Source of the DNA: Desulfobacteraceae bacterium
GTDB lineage: Bacteria > Desulfobacterota > Desulfobacteria > Desulfobacterales > JAABSP01
Direction of reading: 5' to 3'
Assembly (NCBI GenBank): GCA_011389855.1
Contig: JAABTM010000004.1
Location: forward strand, 1 to 51,635
Length of the DNA stretch: 51,635 nt
Shown: piece by piece, positions 11,525 to 22,765 of the stretch
How the letters are laid out: each line of letters opens with the position of its first letter
Numbering within the stretch: position 1 is the stretch's first letter
Notes under the pieces: generated by a model
The model's input: the letters and a program-made list of their open reading frames with translations, nothing else
Databases searched by the model: none
Told to the model about the DNA's origin: nothing
Position numbers and translations under genes: made by a program

Positions 11525-11546
11525 GGGGCGAAAGATTTTTCGCCCC
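11525..11546. terminator. hairpin GGGGCGAAA-gatt-TTTCGCCCC between convergent leuD and the SLT gene
   Basis: 9-bp GC-rich stem. Its last base (11546) is the first base of the SLT stop codon (11546..11548). Same core as the 10941 element. Confidence 0.5.
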
Positions 11547-12172
11547 TACCGTAGCATTCGGTAGTAGTGGAGGACCCTGCGCACGTAGGTCTGGGTCTCC
11601 TGGAACGGGGGGATGCCGTTGTACTGGTCCACCCGGTGGGGACCGGCGTTGTAACCCGCCAGGGCCAGGCTCAGCTGGCCGTCGAAGCGGTTGAGGAGGG
11701 ATTTGAAAAACCGGGTCCCGCCCATGATGTTCTGGAAGGGGTCGAAGGGATCCTGGATTTTCAGCAAGCGGACATTGGCCGGCATGATCTGCATCAGCCC
11801 CAATGCCCCGGCCCTGGACACCGCCCGGGGATTGAAGGAGGATTCCGCCTGGATGATCGCCTTGATAAGGGGAAAAGAAACCCCGTATTTCCGGGCCGCC
11901 GCCCGGATGTAGGCATCATATTTGTCCGATACCCGGAAGGGGCCTTTGGGCGGAAAAAAATTGTCCCGGACATAGACCTGGTATTTCGACGACGTGGGCG
12001 CATTGGTAAAATGGATGATGCCGTTTTCGTCGACATACTTATAGATGTCCGCGGCGGCGGGCATTGCCAGCCACAGGGCGGCCAGCGTACACCATATCGT
12101 CTGTTCTATTCTCCGTCGATGGCTCTTCATCTCGTCCACCATATATACAAACCAAGGGAAAATCAAGGGCAA
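11546..12172 (-). CDS. lytic transglycosylase (SLT domain) with an N-terminal DUF4124-like beta domain
   Basis: SLT catalytic region AIIQAESSFNPRAVSRAGALGLMQIMP and GYNAGPHRV. N-terminal TM/signal segment and DIYKYVDENGIIHFTN. Confidence 0.85.
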   Translation of the reverse strand: MPLIFPWFVYMVDEMKSHRRRIEQTIWCTLAALWLAMPAAADIYKYVDENGIIHFTNAPTSSKYQVYVRDNFFPPKGPFRVSDKYDAYIRAAARKYGVSFPLIKAIIQAESSFNPRAVSRAGALGLMQIMPANVRLLKIQDPFDPFQNIMGGTRFFKSLLNRFDGQLSLALAGYNAGPHRVDQYNGIPPFQETQTYVRRVLHYYRMLR

Positions 12173-12537
12173 GTGATATTAAACAGGGATGTGCCTTAAT
12201 TGTCAACAGTGTGTGAAAAAGTGTCCGTTTTTCAATGGGAGGCCGTCCGGCTGTGTGGAACGTCTGTTTAACACACCTTTTTCAACAAAGGAACGAACAG
12301 AGCACTCCGGAAAATAGCGATATAAAATCGATACCTTGCCAAGTTCCGACAGTTCATGACAGCCTATTATTAAAATGAGTATTCTAAAAGAGAGATAAAA
12401 AAGAGAAGAAAGAAAAAGGAAAAATCGGAGGCAGGGGAAAGAGTTTGGGGAAACCCGCAAAAAGAACTTGTAACCTCCTTTAAAAAAAGGTATATATTTG
12501 GATTGTTTTTCGTAAGATAAACCCTTCTGGAGCGTTC

Positions 12538-13152
12538 ATGGGACTACTGTCGTCATCACTGGCCATCACCCGTTACCGCGTCGAGGGGGAGATCTCGTCT
12601 CCCCTCATGGATTCGGTCCGGGACGGCCTTCAAAAATACAGCATTCAGGACATCGACAACGACGCCCCCGACAAGGCCGTGGGGTGGACGGCCTGGGAAT
12701 CGCCGTTCTCGCCGGCCTTTGAAGGCGATTCCTTTATCGTCGGGCCCTATGTGGTCTTCTCCCTGCGCATCGACAAAAAGACGATTCCGCCGAAGATCAT
12801 CAAAAAGGAACAGGCAAAGGAGATGGCCCGTCGGCTGGCCGATACGGACCGGACCCATCTCTCCCGGAACGAAAAACGGGAAATCCGGGAGAACATCATC
12901 CAGGCCCTGAGCCTCCGGATTCCGGCCACGCCCAATGTTTACGAGCTGCTATGGCATCCCACCGACGGATGGCTCTGGTTTTTTTCGACGCAGAAAGCGG
13001 CTAACGAGGAGCTGGAGACCCTGTTTTCGAAATCCTTCAAGGCGACCCTGATTCGCCTCTTTCCCTACACCATCGCCGATCTGGCCTCGGGGCTGACCCC
13101 CGACGGCCGGGATCGTCTGGGCGGGCTGTCCCCGACCCGGTTCACGGAGTAA
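12538..13152 (+). CDS. RdgC-like protein, N-terminal/central part
   Basis: 204 aa. By eye it follows the E. coli RdgC N-terminal half (ITRYRV near the N-terminus, GW.., F.LRIDKKTIPPKIIKKE, L.R.EK.EIRE.I...L, then a W...G.L.F.ST segment). Not alignment-verified. Confidence 0.5.
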   Translation: MGLLSSSLAITRYRVEGEISSPLMDSVRDGLQKYSIQDIDNDAPDKAVGWTAWESPFSPAFEGDSFIVGPYVVFSLRIDKKTIPPKIIKKEQAKEMARRLADTDRTHLSRNEKREIRENIIQALSLRIPATPNVYELLWHPTDGWLWFFSTQKAANEELETLFSKSFKATLIRLFPYTIADLASGLTPDGRDRLGGLSPTRFTE

Positions 13153-13155
13153 GCC

Positions 13156-13683
13156 ATGCTCGACGTTTCCGTATCCTACGACCGGTATCGTTTCCTGGGA
13201 AACGAGTTTCTCACCTGGCTCTGGCACGCCATCGAAAACACGCCGGGCCTCCTGCCCACCATCGACCCGGAGCTGGCGGCCCTGGAGGTGGGCAACCGGA
13301 TGGTGCTGGAAAATCACGCCCACGAGGCCCCGGAGGTGGTGACCATCAAGGGGGACGACGCGGGATTGGAGGAAGCCATGATGGCTCTCCGGAAAGGGGC
13401 CATGGTGGCCGAGATGAACCTCCATTACCGGTCCGGAGACCACGAGTGGCGGTTCAACCTCAAGGGGGAGAGCCTTTCCCTCGCCGGCCTCAAACCGCCG
13501 GAGACCGGGGCGGTGGAATCCCAGGAAGAGATCGAGGGCGCGCTGCTGGAGCGGGTCTACCTCTGCGAAAAGGCGACCGGACTCGTGGACGCCCTCTACG
13601 GTCATTTCATCCATCTGAGGGTGTCGGATGGATGGAAAGAGGAGACGGTCCCGGCCATCAAAAAATGGATCCAATCGGCATGA
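13156..13683 (+). CDS. RdgC-like protein, C-terminal part
   Basis: 175 aa, starting 3 nt after the previous stop. The pattern FLTWLWH...VVTIKGDD...ALRKGAMVAEMNL...W.F.L....L.GLK resembles the C-terminal half of RdgC. Not alignment-verified. Confidence 0.45.
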   Translation: MLDVSVSYDRYRFLGNEFLTWLWHAIENTPGLLPTIDPELAALEVGNRMVLENHAHEAPEVVTIKGDDAGLEEAMMALRKGAMVAEMNLHYRSGDHEWRFNLKGESLSLAGLKPPETGAVESQEEIEGALLERVYLCEKATGLVDALYGHFIHLRVSDGWKEETVPAIKKWIQSA

Positions 13684-13693
13684 GGAATCCCCA

Positions 13694-17220
<3,527 letters not shown>

Positions 17221-17230
17221 TGTCTATGGA

Positions 17231-18088
17231 ATGGAGCGGATGATGCAGCCTAAGCCGGAGGCGGACGCCGTCAAATCCGAACCCGACGACAGGGAGACCC
17301 TGGCGGCGCGGCTCCGCGACCGGGACATGTGGAAAGCCGATCTCCGAAACGCGGTACTCAGCGGCGCGGATCTGGCGGAAGTCGATTTCCAGGAGGCCGA
17401 TCTCTCCCATGCCGTCCTCCACGGCGCGAATCTGTACAAAGCCGACTTCTGGCGCGCTGATCTGACCGGCGCGCTCCTCACCGAGGCCCGTCTTCAGCGG
17501 GCTGAGATGATGGAAGCCGTGCTGGCGGAGGCCAATCTGTCCGGGGCGGACCTCACCGGGGCCGTCCTCGCCAAGGCCAACCTCCAGGGGGCCGGCCTCC
17601 GTGGGGCGAAGCTGAAGGGAGCCAACCTCCAGGCGGCGGACATGGCCGGCGCCGACCTGGAAGGGGCCGATCTCCGGTCCGCCGATATCCAGCGGGCCGA
17701 CCTGAGCGGCGCCCGCCTGGTGGGGTGTCGATTGGCCGGGGCCGATCTCTGGCGGGCGGGTCTCGCGGACGCGGACCTTCAGTCCGCCGACCTGACCGAC
17801 GCGGACCTCATGGGGGCGGACCTCATGAGGGCCGTCCTGTGGCGGGCCTGCCTGCGAAACGCCGACCTAATGGTGGCGGATCTTCGGGACGCCGTTCTCC
17901 AGGACGCCGACCTCCGCGACGCCAGCCTCGTCGGCACGAGCCTCCGGTCCACCAACCTCCGGCGGGCCAGGGGTCTCACCGTCAAGCAACTGTCCGAAGC
18001 CAAGACCCTGCTGGGCGCCCTCCTCGATTTCGACACGGAACGGCGCATCCGGGTGCGCCATCCCCATCTCCTTAAACGGCGTGTTTAG
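17231..18088 (+). CDS. pentapeptide-repeat protein
   Basis: 285 aa. Almost the whole length is tandem A(D/N)LxX pentapeptides (ADLSGADLTGAVLAKANLQGAGLRGAKLKGANLQAADMAGADLEGADL...). Starts 10 nt after the gyrB stop. Confidence 0.85.
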   Translation: MERMMQPKPEADAVKSEPDDRETLAARLRDRDMWKADLRNAVLSGADLAEVDFQEADLSHAVLHGANLYKADFWRADLTGALLTEARLQRAEMMEAVLAEANLSGADLTGAVLAKANLQGAGLRGAKLKGANLQAADMAGADLEGADLRSADIQRADLSGARLVGCRLAGADLWRAGLADADLQSADLTDADLMGADLMRAVLWRACLRNADLMVADLRDAVLQDADLRDASLVGTSLRSTNLRRARGLTVKQLSEAKTLLGALLDFDTERRIRVRHPHLLKRRV

Positions 18089-18609
18089 GCGCGGTTGGCG
18101 CCATCCTGCAGCTGGAGATATTGCCGGTAGTATTTCATCACTTTCCGGATGTATAGCCGAGTTGCCTTGAAGGGCGGGATGCCGCCGTATTTTTTGACCT
18201 TGTACAGGCCGGCATTGTAGGCGGCCAGGGCCAGCCGAACCTCCCCGTCGCACTCGTCCAGCAGGAACCGGAAGTATTTGACGCCCCCATGGATGTTGTG
18301 TTCCGGGTTGAAGATGTCCCGAACCCCCAGGTCTTTGGCCGTGCCGGGCATGAGCTGCATCAGCCCCTTGGCGCCCTGCCGGGAGACGGCCCGGGGATTG
18401 TAGCTCGACTCGGCCATGATTATGGCCTTGATCAGGGCCGGTTCCACCTCGTGGCGCTGGCCGGCTTCGACGATAACCTCGTGGTAGGCATTTTCCCGTT
18501 TCTCGCTCCCCTGGGAGAGCGCGGGGAGGATCAGGAGTGCGAAAATCGACAATCCCGCCCATAAAGACCATTTCGCCATTGAATCCTTCATCTTTTCCTG
18601 GTACGACAT
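18085..18609 (-). CDS. lytic transglycosylase (SLT domain), secreted
   Basis: 174 aa. Signal/TM segment, AIIMAESSYNPRAVSRQGAKGLMQLMPGTA and AYNAGLYKV. Strong SD, aagaggagatt, before the ATG. Confidence 0.85.
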   Translation of the reverse strand: MSYQEKMKDSMAKWSLWAGLSIFALLILPALSQGSEKRENAYHEVIVEAGQRHEVEPALIKAIIMAESSYNPRAVSRQGAKGLMQLMPGTAKDLGVRDIFNPEHNIHGGVKYFRFLLDECDGEVRLALAAYNAGLYKVKKYGGIPPFKATRLYIRKVMKYYRQYLQLQDGANRA

Positions 18610-18629
18610 AATCTCCTCTTAAAATAGAA

Positions 18630-18660
18630 GGGGAAAGGCGGCTTCAGGCCGCCTTTCCCC
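18630..18660 (-). terminator. 13-bp perfect hairpin followed by a T-rich tract, ~20 nt upstream of the SLT ribosome-binding site (leader terminator/attenuator candidate)
   Basis: On the minus strand: GGGGAAAGGCGGC-cugaa-GCCGCCUUUCCCC, then UUCUAUUUUAAGAGGAGAUUAUG. Confidence 0.5.
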
Positions 18661-18730
18661 GATTCTTCCGCTCCTGTTTTCGAAAGCGTTCGCCATGCCC
18701 TGGGTTGATCAGGACACACAATCAAAGGTG

Positions 18731-18759
18731 TATTATTACCACTCCCCATTCTTTTTCAA
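18731..18759 (-). promoter_or_regulatory. candidate sigma70 promoter for the SLT leader
   Basis: On the minus strand: TTGAAA (18759..18754), a 17-nt spacer, then ATAATA (18736..18731). Confidence 0.35.
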
Positions 18760-18860
18760 CCCTTTTTGGGAAAAATGGGTTCAAAGCCGACCCATAATCA
18801 TGTAGGATGAGTCCGTTTGGATGACGAAAAGAGAGGGGATACGGGATAGTGCGGATCGAT

Positions 18861-19409
18861 ATGATGACGCGTTGGACAACAAAAACGGCGGCGATGCTGA
18901 TAGTGGCGGCGTTCGCGGCGCTCCTTTTTCCGCTGTCGGACGCCGCGGCCCAGACCGGGAACCCGCAAAAGCCTTCGGTCAAAACCGGGACGGATGCGGT
19001 GGATCCGGCCCTCCGGCGGCGGGCCGCGAGCAGCCTCTACCGACTCAAACGGGCCATGAAGCAGGACCGGTATCCGTCCGCGCTGGCGGCCCTGAACATG
19101 TGGCGTTCCGACGCCCTGGAGGCCCGTGAATTCGACGAGGCCCGGTACCGTGACTACAAGCGCGGCATCCTGGAAAAATCGGTGGCGAACATTGTAAAAT
19201 GGTTCGACGTATGTCTAAAAGAGAAGTGGATCCGGGAGGCCGGCTACTGCCGGAAAGTCTACCGTCTCCACGCCCGGGCCATCGATGCCTTCGATCCGGC
19301 GCGCTATGAGGAGATGGGCGAGCGGATCGAAAAGCGAAAAAAGGAGATCGAGGCCGAAAAACAGCGACATCAAACCGCGTCCAGCAACCCGAAAAGAGAT
19401 TCCGGCTGA
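18861..19409 (+). CDS. hypothetical secreted protein
   Basis: The ORF track starts at GTG 18849. The ATG at 18861 gives a clean signal peptide, MMTRWTTKTAAMLIVAAFAALLFPLSDAAAQ. No family recognised. Confidence 0.55.
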   Translation: MMTRWTTKTAAMLIVAAFAALLFPLSDAAAQTGNPQKPSVKTGTDAVDPALRRRAASSLYRLKRAMKQDRYPSALAALNMWRSDALEAREFDEARYRDYKRGILEKSVANIVKWFDVCLKEKWIREAGYCRKVYRLHARAIDAFDPARYEEMGERIEKRKKEIEAEKQRHQTASSNPKRDSG

Positions 19410-19437
19410 CCGTCAATAGGGAAAGGTTGAAGAGACA

Positions 19438-19677
19438 ATGAGAAAAAAATCCGCGGCAAACCGTTTACCTATCATCGAATGGATCGAGACCTTCTATTTA
19501 CCGGTATTTCTGGAGTGGCTGGCGGCCATGGGAACGGAAGATACGGCCCAACAGGAGGAATTGAAGGAAAAGCTGGTGGATCTTCGGAACCGCTTCCCCT
19601 ACTCGGGAGAGATCGGTTCGGCAAAAGGCGGGTTGCTGGACTGGTTCCGATCGATCCTCGGAAAGGGAGGGGACTGA
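19438..19677 (+). CDS. hypothetical small protein
   Basis: 79 aa with ordinary composition. Follows the previous gene by 28 nt. Overlaps the 3' end of the convergent 19599..20222 ORF by 79 nt. Confidence 0.4.
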   Translation: MRKKSAANRLPIIEWIETFYLPVFLEWLAAMGTEDTAQQEELKEKLVDLRNRFPYSGEIGSAKGGLLDWFRSILGKGGD

Positions 19678-20198
19678 CCAGCCCCGGGCAGGGTGAAGAT
19701 CCGCAGGGTCTTTTCCCCGAATTGTTCTTTCCCCAGACCGTTCATCTTCAGCACGACGTCCAGCACCTCGGTCCAGGGGACCGGCGATTCGATGGTCAGG
19801 GTCACGTTGCCGCTCACATCGGGATCGATGGCGAAGTTCATGCCGCTTACGTCCCTTAGCATGTTCAACACCTTCCGGACATCGGCGATGTAGAAATCAG
19901 GGGCGATGGTCGGCGCCGGGGGCGCTTCCGGGGTCGTGGCGATGTCCTCGGCGGGCGGCCGCTCCTGGTTTTTCTCCACCCGCAGAACGTCGGATTTGTC
20001 GTATCCGATGGTCGCCCCGAACAGGTTGGCCTTGATCTGGCCGCCTTCCTCCCAGGTCTTTTCGGCCCGGACCGTTTTGCCGCTTTTCAGATAGATGGTG
20101 TCGCCCGCGGCAGGGGCCGCCGCCAGGCAGAGGGCGATCCAGAGCATCAGGTTCCGGGCGGTCGTCGCCCGTCCGCTATATTCGGTCGCACCGGACAT
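19599..20198 (-). CDS. secreted protein with a secretin (PilQ-type) N0-like domain
   Basis: FYIADVRKVLNMLRDVSGMNFAIDPDVSGNVTLTIESPVPWTEVLDVVLKMNGLGKEQFGEKTLRIFT matches the pattern of the periplasmic domain that precedes secretin cores, but no secretin core follows. Signal peptide LMLWIALCLAAAPAAG. The start is uncertain: ATG 20198 or ATG 20222. Confidence 0.6.
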   Translation of the reverse strand: MSGATEYSGRATTARNLMLWIALCLAAAPAAGDTIYLKSGKTVRAEKTWEEGGQIKANLFGATIGYDKSDVLRVEKNQERPPAEDIATTPEAPPAPTIAPDFYIADVRKVLNMLRDVSGMNFAIDPDVSGNVTLTIESPVPWTEVLDVVLKMNGLGKEQFGEKTLRIFTLPGAGQSPPFPRIDRNQSSNPPFAEPISPE

Positions 20199-20358
20199 TG
20201 GCCAGTCGCTCCTCGAACTCATCGTCCATGGCTTCGGTGAAGTGTTCCATCGGGTAATCGCCGCCGCAGAACCCGCAGCGCAAATGGACGCGGCGTCAGG
20301 TGCGGCGAATCGTCAGGGCGCCGCCGCAGCGCGGGCACCCCAGGGGTCTCTCCGTCAT
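20176..20358 (-). CDS. small zinc-ribbon protein interrupted by an in-frame TGA (recoding or pseudogene)
   Basis: Not in the ORF track. AGGAG SD with a 9-nt spacer before the ATG (20358..20356). It reads MTERPLGCPRCGGALTIRRT-TGA(20298..20296)-RRVHLRCGFCGGDYPMEHFTEAMDDEFEERLANVRCDRI-TAG. The two CxxC knuckles lie on opposite sides of the TGA. Confidence 0.4.
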
Positions 20359-20481
20359 GTCTTTATTCTCCTGAAGGGTCTGCATTAGACAAAGCAGATT
20401 GACAGGATTCGACGCTTCTGTCAAATGAAAACAGGACGTTTAGATAAAGATATCCATCAACCCAGGAGCGGCGGGAAGAAA

Positions 20482-21669
20482 ATGAAAAATCGATTTTGCA
20501 CGGGTTTTACCGCCGGGGCCGCGGCCGCCGGTTTGAAAAAGAAAAAAGGGGCCAGGGATCTGGGGATCATCTACTCCGAGGTTCCGGCGACGGCGGCCGG
20601 CGTCTTCACCCGGAACCGGGTCCAGGCGGCGCCGGTGCGGCTGGACCGGGAACGGATCGCCGCCGGCGTCTGCCGGGCCATTATCGTCAACAGCGGCAAC
20701 GCCAATTGCTGCACGGGGTCCAAGGGCATGGCCGACGCCGTCGCCATGGGACGGTTCGCGGCGGATGCCCTTGGGGTGGCGGAAGAAACGGTGCTGGTGG
20801 CCTCCACCGGCGTCATCGGACAACCCCTGGACATCGAAAAAGTGGCGACGGCCATGCCGGATCTCGTGGCGTCCCTCCGCCCGGACGGCCTGGACGATGT
20901 GGCCGAGGCCATGATGACCACGGATCTGGCGCCGAAGGTCGTCTCCCGAACCGGGGAGATCGACGGCCATCCCTTCACCGTGGTGGGGGCGGCCAAGGGA
21001 TCTGGGATGATCAGGCCCGACATGGCCACCATGCTTTGTTTTGTCTGCACCGACGCCGGAGCGGCCGCGGAGACTCTCCAGACGTCGCTGTCCCGGTCCG
21101 TCGACCGGTCCTTCAACCGGATCACCGTGGACGGCGACACCTCCACCAACGACACCGTTCTGGTGATGGCCAACGGCCGGTCGTCCGCCGTTGTCGATTC
21201 TCCGGAACGGGAAGCGGTTTTCGGCGCGGTGCTGGACGAGGTCCTCATGGAACTGGCCCGGATGATCGTCCGGGACGGCGAAGGGGCCACCAAGCTGGTT
21301 GAAATCGCCGTTACCGGCGCCGAATCCGACGCGGCGGCCCGACTTGTGGCCGACACGGTGGCCCATTCCAATCTGGTCAAAACCGCCCTGTTCGGCGAAG
21401 ACGCCAACTGGGGCCGGATCATCGCCGCCGTGGGCCGGGCCGGAACGCCCATCGATCCGGATCGGATCGACATCCGGTTCGACGACGTCCTCATGGTGGA
21501 GGGCGGCATGGGGGGCGGCGAGGCGGCCGAAGTCCGGGCCACGCGGGTGCTGAAGACCCCCGAGTTCACCATCTCCATCGATTTGAACATGGGGGAAGGC
21601 GGGGCCTCGGCCCTGACCTGCGATTTCTCGCTGGAGTACGTCCGCATCAATGCCGATTACCGATCCTGA
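20482..21669 (+). CDS. argJ: bifunctional ornithine acetyltransferase / N-acetylglutamate synthase
   Basis: ArgJ self-cleavage site ATML (PDMATMLCFVCTDA), and the C-terminus ends ...INADYRS. The start is either ATG 20482 or ATG 20425. Confidence 0.9.
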   Translation: MKNRFCTGFTAGAAAAGLKKKKGARDLGIIYSEVPATAAGVFTRNRVQAAPVRLDRERIAAGVCRAIIVNSGNANCCTGSKGMADAVAMGRFAADALGVAEETVLVASTGVIGQPLDIEKVATAMPDLVASLRPDGLDDVAEAMMTTDLAPKVVSRTGEIDGHPFTVVGAAKGSGMIRPDMATMLCFVCTDAGAAAETLQTSLSRSVDRSFNRITVDGDTSTNDTVLVMANGRSSAVVDSPEREAVFGAVLDEVLMELARMIVRDGEGATKLVEIAVTGAESDAAARLVADTVAHSNLVKTALFGEDANWGRIIAAVGRAGTPIDPDRIDIRFDDVLMVEGGMGGGEAAEVRATRVLKTPEFTISIDLNMGEGGASALTCDFSLEYVRINADYRS

Positions 21670-22765
21670 AGGATCCCGGGATTCCATTCGGAAGATCATC
21701 CACATCGACATGGACGCCTTCTATGCGTCCGTGGAACAGCGGGACCGGCCGGAACTCCGGGGCAAACCGGTCATCGTGGGCGGCGACCCTGATCGGCGCG
21801 GAGTGGTGGCCGCCTGTTCCTATGAGGCCCGGCGGTACGGCATCCACTCCGCCATGGCCGCCGTCACGGCCCGGCGGCGATGCCCCGCCGCCGTCTTCCT
21901 CCGGCCCCGGTTCGAGGTCTATCGCAGCGTCTCCTGCCGGATCCGGGAGATCTTTATGCGGTACACCGATCTGGTGGAACCCCTCTCCCTGGACGAGGCA
22001 TTCCTCGACGTCACCCGGAATAAAAAAGAGATGGCGTCCGCCACCCTCATCGCAAGGGCCATCAAAGCGGAGATCCGGGAAGAGACGGGCCTGACCGCGT
22101 CGGCCGGCGTCTCCTTCAACAAGTTTCTGGCCAAGATCGCGTCGGATTTCAACAAGCCCGACGGGATCACCGTGGTCACCCCGGAGATGGCCGGGGACTT
22201 CATCGACCGGTTGCCCATCGGCAAATTTTTCGGCGTCGGCCGCTCCACCGAAGCCCGGATGCACGCCCTGGGGGTCCGGACGGGGGCGGATCTCCGGCAA
22301 TTGGAGATTTCGGACCTGCTCCGCCATTTCGGCAAAGCCGGCCGCTTTTTTTACGGGATCGCCCGGGGCCGGGACGACCGGCCGGTGACGCCGGACCGGA
22401 TACGCAAATCCCTGGGAAAAGAAACGACGCTTTCCGAGGACATCGACGACCCGGATCGGATGCTGGTCATCCTGGAGGAGATCGCCCACAAAATCGAGGA
22501 CTTGGTCCGGACCCACGAGATCCGGGCCCGGACCGTGGTATTGAAGGTAAAATACGCCGATTTCAGGACCGTCACCAGGAGCGCCACCCTCTCCGCCCCG
22601 GTGGAGAACGCGGACGTCATCATGACCCACATCGCCGATCTCCTTTCCAAGACAACGGACGGCCGTCAAAAGGTCCGGCTGCTGGGCATCACCCTCTCCA
22701 ATTTCGCCGGAGATGCCGAAGCGCCCCGGTGTCATCAACAACTCCCCCTTCCTTTGTTCATCTGA
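21650..22765 (+). CDS. dinB: DNA polymerase IV
   Basis: IIHIDMDAFYASVEQRD, SLDEAFLDVT and GVSFNKFLAKIASD. 371 aa. Confidence 0.92.
   Translation: MPITDPEGSRDSIRKIIHIDMDAFYASVEQRDRPELRGKPVIVGGDPDRRGVVAACSYEARRYGIHSAMAAVTARRRCPAAVFLRPRFEVYRSVSCRIREIFMRYTDLVEPLSLDEAFLDVTRNKKEMASATLIARAIKAEIREETGLTASAGVSFNKFLAKIASDFNKPDGITVVTPEMAGDFIDRLPIGKFFGVGRSTEARMHALGVRTGADLRQLEISDLLRHFGKAGRFFYGIARGRDDRPVTPDRIRKSLGKETTLSEDIDDPDRMLVILEEIAHKIEDLVRTHEIRARTVVLKVKYADFRTVTRSATLSAPVENADVIMTHIADLLSKTTDGRQKVRLLGITLSNFAGDAEAPRCHQQLPLPLFI

Noticed and set aside
12203-12460. 85-aa minus-strand ORF in the AT-rich gap
   Set aside because: It is the complement of the polypurine tract and gives a low-complexity Phe/Leu/Ser peptide. 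No SD. Treated as non-coding.
12173-12537. Possible oriC next to dnaN
   Set aside because: I could not find a cluster of DnaA boxes (TTATCCACA-like 9-mers); only scattered partial matches. dnaA is not in the window. Kept only as a low-interest structural observation.
18722-18982. 86-aa minus-strand ORF upstream of the SLT gene
   Set aside because: It overlaps the start and signal peptide of the plus-strand 18861 gene and runs through the predicted promoter and leader. No SD. More likely a non-coding leader.
20440-22741. 423-aa and 364-aa minus-strand ORFs over argJ and dinB
   Set aside because: They are antisense to confidently assigned genes.
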